A stretch of 64,000 nucleotides of DNA. It comes from Massilia sp. Its GTDB lineage: Bacteria > Pseudomonadota > Gammaproteobacteria > Burkholderiales > Burkholderiaceae_D. Of this stretch, positions 25,396 to 35,263 are shown in pieces (positions within the stretch are counted from its first letter, which is position 1; each line of letters begins with the position of its first letter). Below the pieces are notes generated by a model, which searched no databases, was not told the DNA's origin, and worked only from the letters and a program-made list of their open reading frames with translations. A program made the translations under genes and the position numbers. The stretch is from NCBI GenBank assembly GCA_045810485.1, contig JBJMVU010000090.1, forward strand, positions 11,293 through 75,292, written 5' to 3'.

Positions 25396-28300
25396 TCAAG
25401 CACCCTTCGGGCTGGCGACGCGTGCCAGCGCGGGTTCGCGTTCTTCCGTCTCGCGTACGGGCAGCCCGGCCGGCGTCGCCGGCGCGGGGTGCGCCGGCTG
25501 CCGGTCGCCGTTCGGACGCGACTCGTCGCGGGCGCCTTCCATCCAGTCCACGTCGCGCATCTTGCGGACCACCACGAATTCGTCGCGGTTGGAGCCCACC
25601 GTGCCGTAGTAATTGAAGCCGTACGACAGCTGGGCGTAGCCGCCGATCATGTGGGTCGGCTTGGTCACCGTGCGCGTCACCGAGTTGTGGATGCCGCCGC
25701 GCTTCTTCGACATTTCCGCGCCCGGCACGTTGACGATCTTTTCCTGGGCGTGGTACATGATCGTCATGCCTTCCGGGACGCGCTGGCTGACGACCGCGCG
25801 GGCCGTCAGCGTGCCGTTCACGTTGAACACCTCGATCCAGTCGTTGTCCACGATGCCGGCGGCCTTTGCGTCGATTTCGGACAGCCACACGTGCGGGCCG
25901 CCGCGCGACAGGGTCAGCATGCGCAGGTTGTCGGAGTAGGTCGAGTGGATGCCCCATTTCTGGTGCGGGGTGATCCAGTTCAGCGCCAGTTCCTTGTTGC
26001 CGTTCGGGCGGCGGTTCATGATCGCCTCCGTCGTCTTGGTGTTGATCGCGGCCTTGTACACGCAGAGCCCCTCGCCGAAGTCGCGCATCCAGACGTGGTC
26101 CTGGTAGAACTGCTGGCGGCCCGTCAGCGTGCGCCAGGGGATCAGTTCGTGCACGTTCGTGTAGCCGGCGTTGTAGCTGACTTCCTCGCTTTCCAGGCCC
26201 GACCACGTCGGCGACGAGATGATCTTTCTCGGCTGCGCCTGCACGTCGCGGAAACGGATGCTGTCATGCTCGCGCGGGATCGCCAGGTGCGTGTGGTCGC
26301 GGCCCGTCATCTTCGACAGCGCTTCCCAGGCCTTCACCGCCACGTGGCCGTTCGTTTCCGGCGCCAGCGTGAGGATCATCTCGGCCGCGTCGATCGCCGT
26401 GTCCAGGCGCGGCTGGCCTTTCGAGACGCCTTCTTCGAGCACGGTGCGGTTCAGGCCACGGAGGACGTCCACTTCATGCGCCGTCTTCCAGTCGATGCCC
26501 TTGCCGCCGTTGCCCACTTTTTCCAGCAGCGGGCCGATCGACGTGAACTTCTTGTGGATGTCGCGGTAGTTGCGTTCCACGACCGTCATCGACGGCATCG
26601 TCTTGCCCGGCACCGGCTCGCATTCGCCGAGGCGCCAGTCCTTCGGATCGAACGGCTGACCGAGTTCGCCCGGGGTGTCGTGCAGCAGCGGCGTGAGGAT
26701 CAGGTCCTTGCGCGTGCCCAGGTGGGCGCCGCCGATCTCGGAAAACTTGGCCGCGATGCCCTTGTAGATTTCCCAGTCGGACTTCGCCTCCCACAGCGGC
26801 TGCACGGCTTCCGACAGCGGGTGGATGAACGGGTGCATGTCGGACGTGTTCAGGTCGTCCTTTTCGTACCAGGTCGCCGTCGGCAGCACGATGTCGCCGT
26901 ACAGGCACGTCGTCGACATGCGGAAGTCCAGCACGACGAGCAGATCGAGCTTGCCTTCGGCGGCCGGGCGCACCTTGACGTCGCGCGGCTTGACGCACGC
27001 GTCTTCGTCGCTCATCAGCGCGTTCTGGGTGCCCAGCAGGTATTTCAGGAAGTACTCGTGGCCCTTGCCCGAGCTGCCCAGGATGTTCGAACGCCACACG
27101 AACATATTGCGCGGGAAGTTCGCGGGATTGTCCGGATCGTCGCACGAGAAATTCAGCTTGCCGGCCTTGATCTGCTCGACCGCGTATTTGGCCGGGTCCT
27201 GACCCAGGCTTTCCGCGGCGCGCACGACGTCCAGCGGGTTCGTCTCCAGCTGCGGCGCCGATGGCAGCCAGCCCATGCGCTCGGCCTTGGCGTTGAAGTC
27301 GATGAGGGCCATCTCTTCCAGCTTGCCGTCGGCGGTCGGGCACAGGATCTCGGCCGTGTGCAGCTTTTCGTGGCGCCACTGGCTCGTGTGGGCATAGAAG
27401 AACGAGGTGCCGTTCATCTGGCGCATCGGGCGGTTCCAGTCCAGCGCGAACGCGAGCGGGGTCCAGCCGGTCTGCGGGCGCAGCTTTTCCTGGCCGACGT
27501 AGTGGGCCCAACCGCCGCCGCTCTGGCCGATGCAGCCGCACATCATGAGGATGTTGATGATGCCGCGGTACGTCATGTCCATGTGGTACCAGTGGTTCAG
27601 CGCCGCGCCGACGATCACCATCGACTTGCCGCGGGTGCGGTCGGCGTTGTCGGCGAACTCGCGCGCCACGGTCACGACGTCGTCCGCCTTCACGCCGGTG
27701 TGCTTCACCTGCCATGCCGGGGTGTACGGCACGTCGTCGCTGTAGTTCGTCGCCGCGTTCGGACAGATGCCGCGGTCGACGCCGTAGTTCGCCATCGACA
27801 GGTCGTACACGGTGGTGACGAGGGCAGTAGTGCCGTCGGCCAGCGTGATGGATTTGACGGGCACGTTGCGCAGCAGGAGGTCGTCGGCATCCTTGCCGCC
27901 GAAGTAGGGGAAGCCCACCGGCACGATGCGGTCATGGTCGTCAAGCAGGGACAGTTGTGGATCGATCGGGTTGCGGGTGGTGCCTTCTTTCTGTTCCAGG
28001 TTCCATTTGCCCGACTCGCCCCAGCGGAAGCCGATCGAGCCGCTGGGCGCGACGATCTTGCCGGTGCTTCGGTCGATGACGAGGGTCTTCCATTCCGGGT
28101 TGTTCGTCTCGTCGAGGTTGTTCGCCAAGTGCGACGCGCGCAGGAAGTAGTCGGGGACCAGCGTGCCGTCGCGTTCCTTGAGCATGACCAGCATCGGGAA
28201 GTCGGTGTACTGCTTGGCGTAGTCGCGGAAGTAGGCGGACTTGCCGGTCGCGTGGAACTCCTTCAGGATCACGTGGCCCATGGCCATCGCCAGCGCGGCG

Positions 28301-29205
28301 TCCGTGCCCTGCTTGGGCGCGAGCCAGATGTCGCCGAACTTGGCCATCTCGCCGAAGTCGGACGACACGGCGACGGTCTTCGTGCCCTTGTAGCGCACTT
28401 CCGTGTAGAAGTGGGCGTCCGGGGTGCGGGTCATCGGGACGTTCGAACCCCACACCATCAGGTACGTGGAGTTGTACCAGTCGGCCGATTCCGGCACGTC
28501 CGTCTGCTCGCCCCACACTTGCGGGCTGGACGGCGGCAGGTCGCAGTACCAGTCGTAGAAGCTCATGGCGACGCCGCCGATGAGGCTCAGGTAGCGGGTG
28601 CCGGCGGCATAGCTGACCATCGACATGGCGGGGATCGGCGAGAAGCCGATGATGCGGTCCGGACCGTATTTGCCGATGGTGTAGGCGTTGGCGGCGGCGA
28701 TGATCTCGTTGACCTCGTCCCATTTGGCGCGCACGAAGCCACCCTGGCCGCGCACGGTCTTGTAGCTCGCCGCGCGCTCCGGATCGGTGCTGATGTAGTC
28801 CCAGGCGGCGACGGGGTCGCGGGTGGCGCGGGCTTCGCGCCACAGCTGCATCAGGCGGCCGCGCACCATCGGGTGCTTGACGCGCTGCGCCGAGTAGACG
28901 TACCACGAATAGCTGGCGCCGCGCGGGCAACCGCGGGGTTCATGGTTCGGCAGGTCGGGGCGGGTGCGCGGGTAGTCGGTCTGCTGGGTTTCCCAGGTGA
29001 TCAGGCCGTTCTTGACGTAGACCTTCCAGCTGCACGAACCCGTGCAGTTCACGCCGTGCGTCGAGCGCACGATCTTGTCGTGCTGCCAGCGCTGGCGGTA
29101 GGCCTTTTCCCAGGTGCGGTCTTCGCCCACGACGGCCCCGTGGCCATTCGAGAACGTCTCGCCCGTTTTGCCGAAAAATTTCAGGCGGTCCAAAAAGTGA
29201 CTCAT
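25396..29205 (-). CDS. narG: Respiratory nitrate reductase alpha subunit
   Basis: 1269 aa: MSHFLDRLKFF..., HGVNCTGSCSWKVY FS0 cluster motif and molybdopterin oxidoreductase domains. Confidence 0.97.
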   Translation of the reverse strand: MSHFLDRLKFFGKTGETFSNGHGAVVGEDRTWEKAYRQRWQHDKIVRSTHGVNCTGSCSWKVYVKNGLITWETQQTDYPRTRPDLPNHEPRGCPRGASYSWYVYSAQRVKHPMVRGRLMQLWREARATRDPVAAWDYISTDPERAASYKTVRGQGGFVRAKWDEVNEIIAAANAYTIGKYGPDRIIGFSPIPAMSMVSYAAGTRYLSLIGGVAMSFYDWYCDLPPSSPQVWGEQTDVPESADWYNSTYLMVWGSNVPMTRTPDAHFYTEVRYKGTKTVAVSSDFGEMAKFGDIWLAPKQGTDAALAMAMGHVILKEFHATGKSAYFRDYAKQYTDFPMLVMLKERDGTLVPDYFLRASHLANNLDETNNPEWKTLVIDRSTGKIVAPSGSIGFRWGESGKWNLEQKEGTTRNPIDPQLSLLDDHDRIVPVGFPYFGGKDADDLLLRNVPVKSITLADGTTALVTTVYDLSMANYGVDRGICPNAATNYSDDVPYTPAWQVKHTGVKADDVVTVAREFADNADRTRGKSMVIVGAALNHWYHMDMTYRGIINILMMCGCIGQSGGGWAHYVGQEKLRPQTGWTPLAFALDWNRPMRQMNGTSFFYAHTSQWRHEKLHTAEILCPTADGKLEEMALIDFNAKAERMGWLPSAPQLETNPLDVVRAAESLGQDPAKYAVEQIKAGKLNFSCDDPDNPANFPRNMFVWRSNILGSSGKGHEYFLKYLLGTQNALMSDEDACVKPRDVKVRPAAEGKLDLLVVLDFRMSTTCLYGDIVLPTATWYEKDDLNTSDMHPFIHPLSEAVQPLWEAKSDWEIYKGIAAKFSEIGGAHLGTRKDLILTPLLHDTPGELGQPFDPKDWRLGECEPVPGKTMPSMTVVERNYRDIHKKFTSIGPLLEKVGNGGKGIDWKTAHEVDVLRGLNRTVLEEGVSKGQPRLDTAIDAAEMILTLAPETNGHVAVKAWEALSKMTGRDHTHLAIPREHDSIRFRDVQAQPRKIISSPTWSGLESEEVSYNAGYTNVHELIPWRTLTGRQQFYQDHVWMRDFGEGLCVYKAAINTKTTEAIMNRRPNGNKELALNWITPHQKWGIHSTYSDNLRMLTLSRGGPHVWLSEIDAKAAGIVDNDWIEVFNVNGTLTARAVVSQRVPEGMTIMYHAQEKIVNVPGAEMSKKRGGIHNSVTRTVTKPTHMIGGYAQLSYGFNYYGTVGSNRDEFVVVRKMRDVDWMEGARDESRPNGDRQPAHPAPATPAGLPVRETEEREPALARVASPKGA

Positions 29206-29350
29206 GGTTTCTCCAACGGCGCACCGTGGTGCGCTCTTGATATGCGGTGTGTGCAGCTGTGTTCAGTCTACGGAGCGGACCGGCTGTGCGGTATTCGCAA
29301 GAAGTCGGTCCGGCCGCGACATACGGAGTAGGCCGTCTACTCCTTTATGA

Positions 29351-30727
29351 CTAGCAGGTGATCTCGGCGCCCTTGCGGGCATAGAACCACCAGGTGACGG
29401 CGATGCAGGTGACGTAGAAGCCGATGAAGCACCACAGCGCGGCGTCGGCGCTGCCCGTAAGGGCGATCGAGGTGCCGTAGCTCTTCGGGATGAAGAACGC
29501 GCCGTAGGCGGCGATGGCCGAGGTGAAGCCCAGGACGGCGGCCGCCTCCTTATTGGCGCTGGCGATGGCTTGCGCCTGGACGCCTGCCGACTGGCCTTTC
29601 GCGGCGCGCTGGTGCAGCGTCAGGAAGATCACCGGGATCATGCGGAAGGTCGACGCGTTGCCCACGCCGGTGCAGGCGAAGAGCACGAGGAACATGCCGA
29701 AGAAGCCGGCGAAGCTGCCCGGGTTGGATCCATGCGGCAGGAAGTGCAGCACGCCCAGCACGGCCCCGATCATGGCGACGAACGTCCACGCGGTGACGCG
29801 CGCGCCGCCCAGCTTGTCGGCGACGTAACCGCCGGCCACGCGGGCGAGGGCGCTGACGAGGGGGCCGACGAATGCGTACTGCAGCGGGTTCACTTGCGGG
29901 AACAGGGTGCTGGTGAGCAGCGGGAAGGCGGCCGAATAGCCGATGAACGAGCCGAAGGTGCCGACATACAGCCAGCACATCAGCCAGTTGTGCTTGCGTT
30001 TGAAAATTACGGCCTGTTCCGCGAACGAGGCCTTGGCCGAGGCGAGGTCGTTCATGCCGAACCAGGCGGCCAGCGTGCTCACGATGATGAACGGGACCCA
30101 CACGAAGCCCGCGTTCTGCAGCCACATCTGCCTGGTCGCCGCTGCCTTGGTCCACGTTTGCGGCTCCCCGCCGAAGAGGGCGAACCCGATCACGAGCGGC
30201 ACGACGAACTGCACGGCGGAGACCCCCAGGTTGCCGAGGCCCGCGTTCATGCCGAGGGCGTAACCCTTCTGCGCTTTCGGGTAGAAAAAGCTGATGTTGG
30301 CCATGGACGAGGCGAAGTTGCCGCCGCCGAAGCCGCACAGCAGCGACAGCACGAGCATGGTCGGGTAGCTGGTGTTCGGATCCTGCACGGCGAAACCGAT
30401 GCCCAAGGCGGGAATCAGCAGCGACGCGGTGGAGATGGCGGTCCATTTGCGGCCGCCGAAGATCGGCACCATGAACGAATAAAAGATGCGCAAGGTGGCG
30501 CCCGAGAGGCCCGGCACGGCGGCGAGCCAGAACAGCTGGTTGGTGCTGTATTTAAAACCGATGCTGGGCAGGTTGACGACGACGACGCTCCACACCATCC
30601 AGATCGCGAACGCCAGCATCAGCGCGGGGATCGAGATCCAGAGGTTGCGGTTGGCCGTGGGCTTGCCGCGGCTGTGCCAGAAGGCGGGAACTTCGGGTTC
30701 CCAGGTCGAGATGAGGTAACGGCTCAC
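29351..30727 (-). CDS. narK2: MFS nitrate/nitrite antiporter (NarK2 type)
   Basis: 458-aa 12-TM MFS protein with NNP signatures (GGRKW, GFGGGNFASSM). Confidence 0.9.
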   Translation of the reverse strand: MSRYLISTWEPEVPAFWHSRGKPTANRNLWISIPALMLAFAIWMVWSVVVVNLPSIGFKYSTNQLFWLAAVPGLSGATLRIFYSFMVPIFGGRKWTAISTASLLIPALGIGFAVQDPNTSYPTMLVLSLLCGFGGGNFASSMANISFFYPKAQKGYALGMNAGLGNLGVSAVQFVVPLVIGFALFGGEPQTWTKAAATRQMWLQNAGFVWVPFIIVSTLAAWFGMNDLASAKASFAEQAVIFKRKHNWLMCWLYVGTFGSFIGYSAAFPLLTSTLFPQVNPLQYAFVGPLVSALARVAGGYVADKLGGARVTAWTFVAMIGAVLGVLHFLPHGSNPGSFAGFFGMFLVLFACTGVGNASTFRMIPVIFLTLHQRAAKGQSAGVQAQAIASANKEAAAVLGFTSAIAAYGAFFIPKSYGTSIALTGSADAALWCFIGFYVTCIAVTWWFYARKGAEITC

Positions 30728-30756
30728 GATGTTCTCCTGTGATTGTCAGAGTTGGA

Positions 30757-32016
30757 TCAGGCGGCCTGGCGCAGCGGCGTCACTGGCGCGGCCGCCGGCG
30801 TTTTGGCATGTGGTTTGAACGAGAAATGCATCCAGACGAGCGAGACGCACACGGTCCCGTACAGCAGCATGAAGGAGCTGGAACGGATGCCGGTGAGGTC
30901 GACGATGGCGCCGAACAGGATCGGCAGGATGAAGCCACCGAGGCCGCCGGCCAGGCCGACGACGCCCGAGACGGCGCCGATGTTGTCGCTGAAATCGTCG
31001 GCGATGAAGCGGAACACGGACGCCTTGCCGATGGCCATCGCGACGCCGACGACGAACAGCAGCAGGGTGAACGTCACGTGGCCGAGGCCGAGGCGCATGT
31101 CCATGCTGCCTGCGACGGTCTTGACGCTCATGGTCGTCTGCGGATACGACAGGGTGAAGAAGCACACCCAGCACACCCACATCACATACCAGGTGACCTT
31201 GTAGGCGCCGAACCTGTCGGCGATCCAGCCGCCCAGCGCGCGCAGTACGCCGCCCGGCAGCGAGAAGCAGGCGGCCAGCAGCGCGGCTTCCTTGAGGCCG
31301 AAGCCGTATTCCCCCACGTAGTACCTGGTCATCCACAGCGCGAGCGCCACGTAGCCGCCGAACACGACGGAGTAGTACTGGCAGTAGCGCCACACGCGCG
31401 GATCCTTCAGCACGCGCATCTGCGCCGCGAAGCTTTCACCCGATGCGGCTTTGTGCGACGGGTCGGAATACGTGCCGAACCAGAACAGCAGCGCAGTGGC
31501 GACCATCACGACGGCGTACACCTTCGGCAGGCCTTGCCAGCCGAGGGTGGCGATGATGGCCGGGGCCACGAACTTGGTGAGCGCGGAGCCGGAATTGCCC
31601 GCGCCGAAGATACCCATGGCGAGGCCGCGGCGTTCCTTGCCGAACCAGCGCGCGACGTACGGCGTGCCGACCGAGAACGAGCCGCCGGCCAGGCCCACGA
31701 AAAGACCCAGCGCGAGGAAGTGCCAGTACCGGGTGGCATAGCTGATCATGTAGATCGGCAGCGCACAGGCCAGCATCAGCGTGAAGAACACGATGCGGCC
31801 GCCGTAACGGTCGGTCCAGATGCCGAGCGGGACGCGCACGAGGGCGCCGCTCAGCACGGGCGTGGCCACGAGCAGGCCGAACTCCGTTTCGTTCAGGCCG
31901 AGTTTGGCCTTGATGGGGATGCCCAGCACCGCGAACATCATCCAGATCGCGAAGCAGATCGTGAATGCGAACGTACTGCTGGCGAGGACCGCGAGGGGCC
32001 GTCTGTCGGTGCCCAT
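30757..32016 (-). CDS. narK1: MFS nitrate transporter (NarK1 type)
   Basis: 419-aa MFS protein (GIWTDRYGGRIV, GAGNSGSA). SD AAGGAGAACAAT precedes the ATG. Confidence 0.9.
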   Translation of the reverse strand: MGTDRRPLAVLASSTFAFTICFAIWMMFAVLGIPIKAKLGLNETEFGLLVATPVLSGALVRVPLGIWTDRYGGRIVFFTLMLACALPIYMISYATRYWHFLALGLFVGLAGGSFSVGTPYVARWFGKERRGLAMGIFGAGNSGSALTKFVAPAIIATLGWQGLPKVYAVVMVATALLFWFGTYSDPSHKAASGESFAAQMRVLKDPRVWRYCQYYSVVFGGYVALALWMTRYYVGEYGFGLKEAALLAACFSLPGGVLRALGGWIADRFGAYKVTWYVMWVCWVCFFTLSYPQTTMSVKTVAGSMDMRLGLGHVTFTLLLFVVGVAMAIGKASVFRFIADDFSDNIGAVSGVVGLAGGLGGFILPILFGAIVDLTGIRSSSFMLLYGTVCVSLVWMHFSFKPHAKTPAAAPVTPLRQAA

Positions 32017-32137
32017 ATTGTTCTCCTTGATGTGTTGGTGGAAGCGTACGCGGCGGGCGCTTGCCCAACCATTGGCCGGACGAGTAAGCGCCGGTGCGCA
32101 AGAGAGCTAGACGCCCTAGTCACAAAGATGTAGGTCC

Positions 32138-34495
32138 GTGTACGATGGCGGTATCCTGCAGCCGTTCGGAACCGCCATGCCGCACCCACTCAGCCCGGAA
32201 CAGTTAAGCAACATCATCGACATCGCCGAAAACGCCGTGATCTGCACGGACGACCGGCAGAAGATCATCTTTTTCAACCAGGGCGCCGAGCGGCTGTTCG
32301 GCTGGACGGCGGCCGAAGTGACGGGCCAGGACCTGGCGATGCTGATGCCGCTACGCTTCCGTCCCGGTCACGCGGAACGGGTGGCCGGCTTCCAGCACGG
32401 CGAGCGCACGGCGCGGCGCATGGGCGAGCGGGGCACCATCTACGCGGTGCGCAAGGACGGCAGCGAATTCCCGGCCGAAGCGACGATCTCCAAATCGGCG
32501 GCGGGCGGGCGCGTGATCCTCACGGCGATCCTGCAGGACATCTCGGAGCGCAAGGCCTACGAGCGCGAGCTGGAACTGGCGCGCGACCGCGCGGAAGCGG
32601 CGATGCAGGCCAAGAGCATGTTCCTCGCCAATATGAGCCACGAGATCCGCACGCCGCTGAACGCCGTCATCGGCATGACGAGCCTCCTGCTGCACACGGA
32701 CATCGACGACGAGCAGCGCGACTACACGGAGACGATCCGTTCCAGCAGCGAGGCGCTGCTCGCGATCATCAACGACCTGCTCGATTATTCGAAGCTGGAA
32801 GTGGGGCGCCTGGACCTCGAGCGCCACGCGTTCGAAGTGCGCCGCTGCGTCGAGGAAGCGCTCGACCTGCTCGCGCCCAGCGCCAGCGACAAGAACCTCG
32901 ACCTCGCGTACATGATCGAGCCGGGCGTGCCGGCCACGATCCTCGCGGACGCGACGCGCCTGCGCCAGATCCTCGTCAACCTGCTGTCGAATGCAATCAA
33001 GTTCACGCACCACGGCGAGGTGGTCGTCACCGTGTCCGGCGAGCCGCGCGCGGAAGGCGGCTACCGGCTCGTGTTCGCCGTGCGCGACACGGGCATCGGC
33101 ATCCCGCCGCACCGCCTCGACGACGTCTTCCACTCGTTCACCCAGGTCGACGCCTCCACCACGCGCAAGTACGGCGGCACGGGGCTGGGCCTGACGATCA
33201 GCCGGCGCCTCGCCGAGATGATGGGCGGCGGGCTGACAGTGGACAGCGAACCGGGACGCGGCTCGACGTTCAGCGCCGCCATCGTCGCCGACGCGTTCGA
33301 CGACCAGCTCGCCGAACACGTGCTGCGCGACCGCGCGGCCACGGTGCGCGGGCGGCGCATCCTGATCGTCGACGACAACGCGACGAACCGCCGCATCCTG
33401 ATGAAGCAGGCGCTGTTGTGGGGGATGGCGCCGCTGGCCGCCGCATCGGCGGTGGAGGCGCTCGACCTCGTGCGCGACGGCCACCCGTTCGACGTGGCCG
33501 TGCTGGACATGCAGATGCCCGACATGGACGGCGCCCGCCTCGCGGGCGAGTTGCGCAAGCACCGCGACCGCGCCGCGCTGCCGCTCGTGCTGCTGACGTC
33601 CGTCGGCCAGCGCCACCACGGCGCGGAAGGCGAAGCCGTGCGCGAATTCTCCGCGTGGCTGAGCAAGCCGATCAAGCCGGCGGCGCTGCTGGAAGCGCTG
33701 CAGCAGGTGCTGGGCGAGCGCCAGGCCGCGACACGGGCCGCGCGGCCGGTGCCGGCCCGGGAAGAGGCGGATCTCGCCATCCTCGTCGCCGAGGACAACA
33801 CGATCAACCAGAAGGTGATCCGGCAGCTGCTGCGCCACCTGGGCTACCGCGCGGACGTCGTCGGCAACGGCCTGGAAGCCGTGGCGGCGCTGGAACGCCA
33901 GGATTACCCGGTCATCCTGATGGACATGCAGATGCCGGAAATGGACGGCCTGGAAGCGACGCGGCGCCTGCGCGAGCGCTTCCGCGGCGCCAACGCGCCC
34001 TACATCATCGCGATGACGGCCAACGCCATGCCGGGCGACCGCGAACGCTGCCTGGACGCGGGCATGAACGACTATGTGCCGAAGCCCATCGAGATGGACG
34101 TGCTGGACAAGGCGCTGGTGGCGGCGCGCGAGCACGTGGCGGCGCGGCGCGCGGGCGACGCGATGCTCGACCCGGCCCGCATCGCGCAACTGCGCGCGAT
34201 CGACGACGATGCGTCACTGCTGGAAGACGTGGTGAACGCGTTCGTGGGCGAGGTGCCGCAGCTGCTGCACAAGCTGGACCACGCCGTGCGCGAGCACGAC
34301 GGGCAGCTGCTGGCGGCGACGGCCCATTACCTGTTGTCGAGCATCGGTTTCGTGGGCGCCAACCGGATGCGGGTGCCGTGCATGAACCTCGAGCTGATGG
34401 GGAAGGCGGAGAACGTCGAGGGTGCGGATGAGCAGATGGCGGAGCTTACTGCGGCGTACGAGAAAACGAAAGCGGCCTTGCTCGCGTTACGCTGA
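32138..34495 (+). CDS. Hybrid sensor kinase PAS-HisKA-HATPase-REC-REC-Hpt
   Basis: PAS ([14 protein letters not shown]), H-box [16 protein letters not shown]-boxes (DTGIGI, GGTGLGL), two REC domains ([10 protein letters not shown]..., [11 protein letters not shown]...) and C-terminal Hpt ([12 protein letters not shown]). The listed start is a GTG; an ATG at 32177 is the alternative. Confidence 0.85.
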   Translation: MYDGGILQPFGTAMPHPLSPEQLSNIIDIAENAVICTDDRQKIIFFNQGAERLFGWTAAEVTGQDLAMLMPLRFRPGHAERVAGFQHGERTARRMGERGTIYAVRKDGSEFPAEATISKSAAGGRVILTAILQDISERKAYERELELARDRAEAAMQAKSMFLANMSHEIRTPLNAVIGMTSLLLHTDIDDEQRDYTETIRSSSEALLAIINDLLDYSKLEVGRLDLERHAFEVRRCVEEALDLLAPSASDKNLDLAYMIEPGVPATILADATRLRQILVNLLSNAIKFTHHGEVVVTVSGEPRAEGGYRLVFAVRDTGIGIPPHRLDDVFHSFTQVDASTTRKYGGTGLGLTISRRLAEMMGGGLTVDSEPGRGSTFSAAIVADAFDDQLAEHVLRDRAATVRGRRILIVDDNATNRRILMKQALLWGMAPLAAASAVEALDLVRDGHPFDVAVLDMQMPDMDGARLAGELRKHRDRAALPLVLLTSVGQRHHGAEGEAVREFSAWLSKPIKPAALLEALQQVLGERQAATRAARPVPAREEADLAILVAEDNTINQKVIRQLLRHLGYRADVVGNGLEAVAALERQDYPVILMDMQMPEMDGLEATRRLRERFRGANAPYIIAMTANAMPGDRERCLDAGMNDYVPKPIEMDVLDKALVAAREHVAARRAGDAMLDPARIAQLRAIDDDASLLEDVVNAFVGEVPQLLHKLDHAVREHDGQLLAATAHYLLSSIGFVGANRMRVPCMNLELMGKAENVEGADEQMAELTAAYEKTKAALLALR

Positions 34496-34500
34496 TACTG

Positions 34501-34527
34501 CAGGGTGGGCTCCCTGAGCCCACCCTG
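34501..34527. terminator. Strong bidirectional stem-loop between convergent kinase and narL
   Basis: CAGGGTGGGCTC-cct-GAGCCCACCCTG, a perfect 12-bp stem. Confidence 0.75.
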
Positions 34528-34547
34528 CGATGACGTATCGCGTCAAT

Positions 34548-35246
34548 TCACGATTGCCGATCCGGCCCGCTGCCCAGCCCCTGCTCGACGGCGAACACCG
34601 CCGCCTGCACGCGGCTCGACAACCCGAGCTTCTTGAGGATGTTCTGCACGTGGATCTTGACCGTGCTCTCGGCCAGGTCGAGCACGCGGGCGATCAGCTT
34701 GTTGCTTTCGCCCCGTGCCAGGCAGGCGAGGATTTCGCGCTCGCGCGGCGTCAGCCTGTCGAGTTCCGACGGCGGCGCCGGCGCCTTGGGTGCGCGCTGT
34801 TTCTGCAGCTGGGCCACGAGCTTGGCGGCCATCGATTCGGCAAGCACGGATTCGCCGGCGGCCGCCCGTTCGATGGCGCGTTGCAGGTAGTCCGCGTCGA
34901 TGTTCTTGATCAAATAGCCCCGCGCGCCCGCCTGCAGGGCGGTGGCCAGGTCTTCGCCTTCCTCGGATACGGTCAGCATGATGACCGCCGCCTCGGGCCA
35001 GCCCTGCAAAATCAGTTCGAGGGTCTCCACGCCGGTCATGCCGGGCATGTGCAGGTCGAGCAGGATCACGTCGGGCTTCAGCTGCATCGCCCGTTTCACG
35101 CCGTCGATGCCGTCCGACGCCTCGCCGACGACGGTGAAGCGCGGGTTGCGCTGCAACAGCGAACGCACGCCGCTGCGGAACAACGTGTGATCGTCGACCA
35201 GCAGCACGCTGATCGGCTCGCGGGTGTCTTCCCGGGGCTCTTCCAT
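34548..35246 (-). CDS. narL: Nitrate/nitrite response regulator (REC + LuxR HTH)
   Basis: ISVLLVDDHTLFRSG..., DVILLDLHMPGMTG, and C-terminal LTPREREILACLARGESNKLIARVLDLAESTVKIHV. Confidence 0.9.
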   Translation of the reverse strand: MEEPREDTREPISVLLVDDHTLFRSGVRSLLQRNPRFTVVGEASDGIDGVKRAMQLKPDVILLDLHMPGMTGVETLELILQGWPEAAVIMLTVSEEGEDLATALQAGARGYLIKNIDADYLQRAIERAAAGESVLAESMAAKLVAQLQKQRAPKAPAPPSELDRLTPREREILACLARGESNKLIARVLDLAESTVKIHVQNILKKLGLSSRVQAAVFAVEQGLGSGPDRQS

Positions 35247-35263
35247 CCTCTACTCCATTCGAT

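Noticed and set aside
25378-29331. 1317-aa plus-strand ORF antisense to narG (and similar long ORFs 23816..25609 and 26474..27715)
   Set aside because: narG and narH on the minus strand are unambiguous. The antisense and off-frame translations are Arg/Ala-rich with no motifs.
32017-32137. Expected FNR/NarL sites in the narK1 promoter
   Set aside because: I looked for TTGAT-N4-ATCAA and paired TACYYMT heptamers and found only poor partial matches (CTTGATGTGTTGG, TACGCTT), so I cannot support a call.
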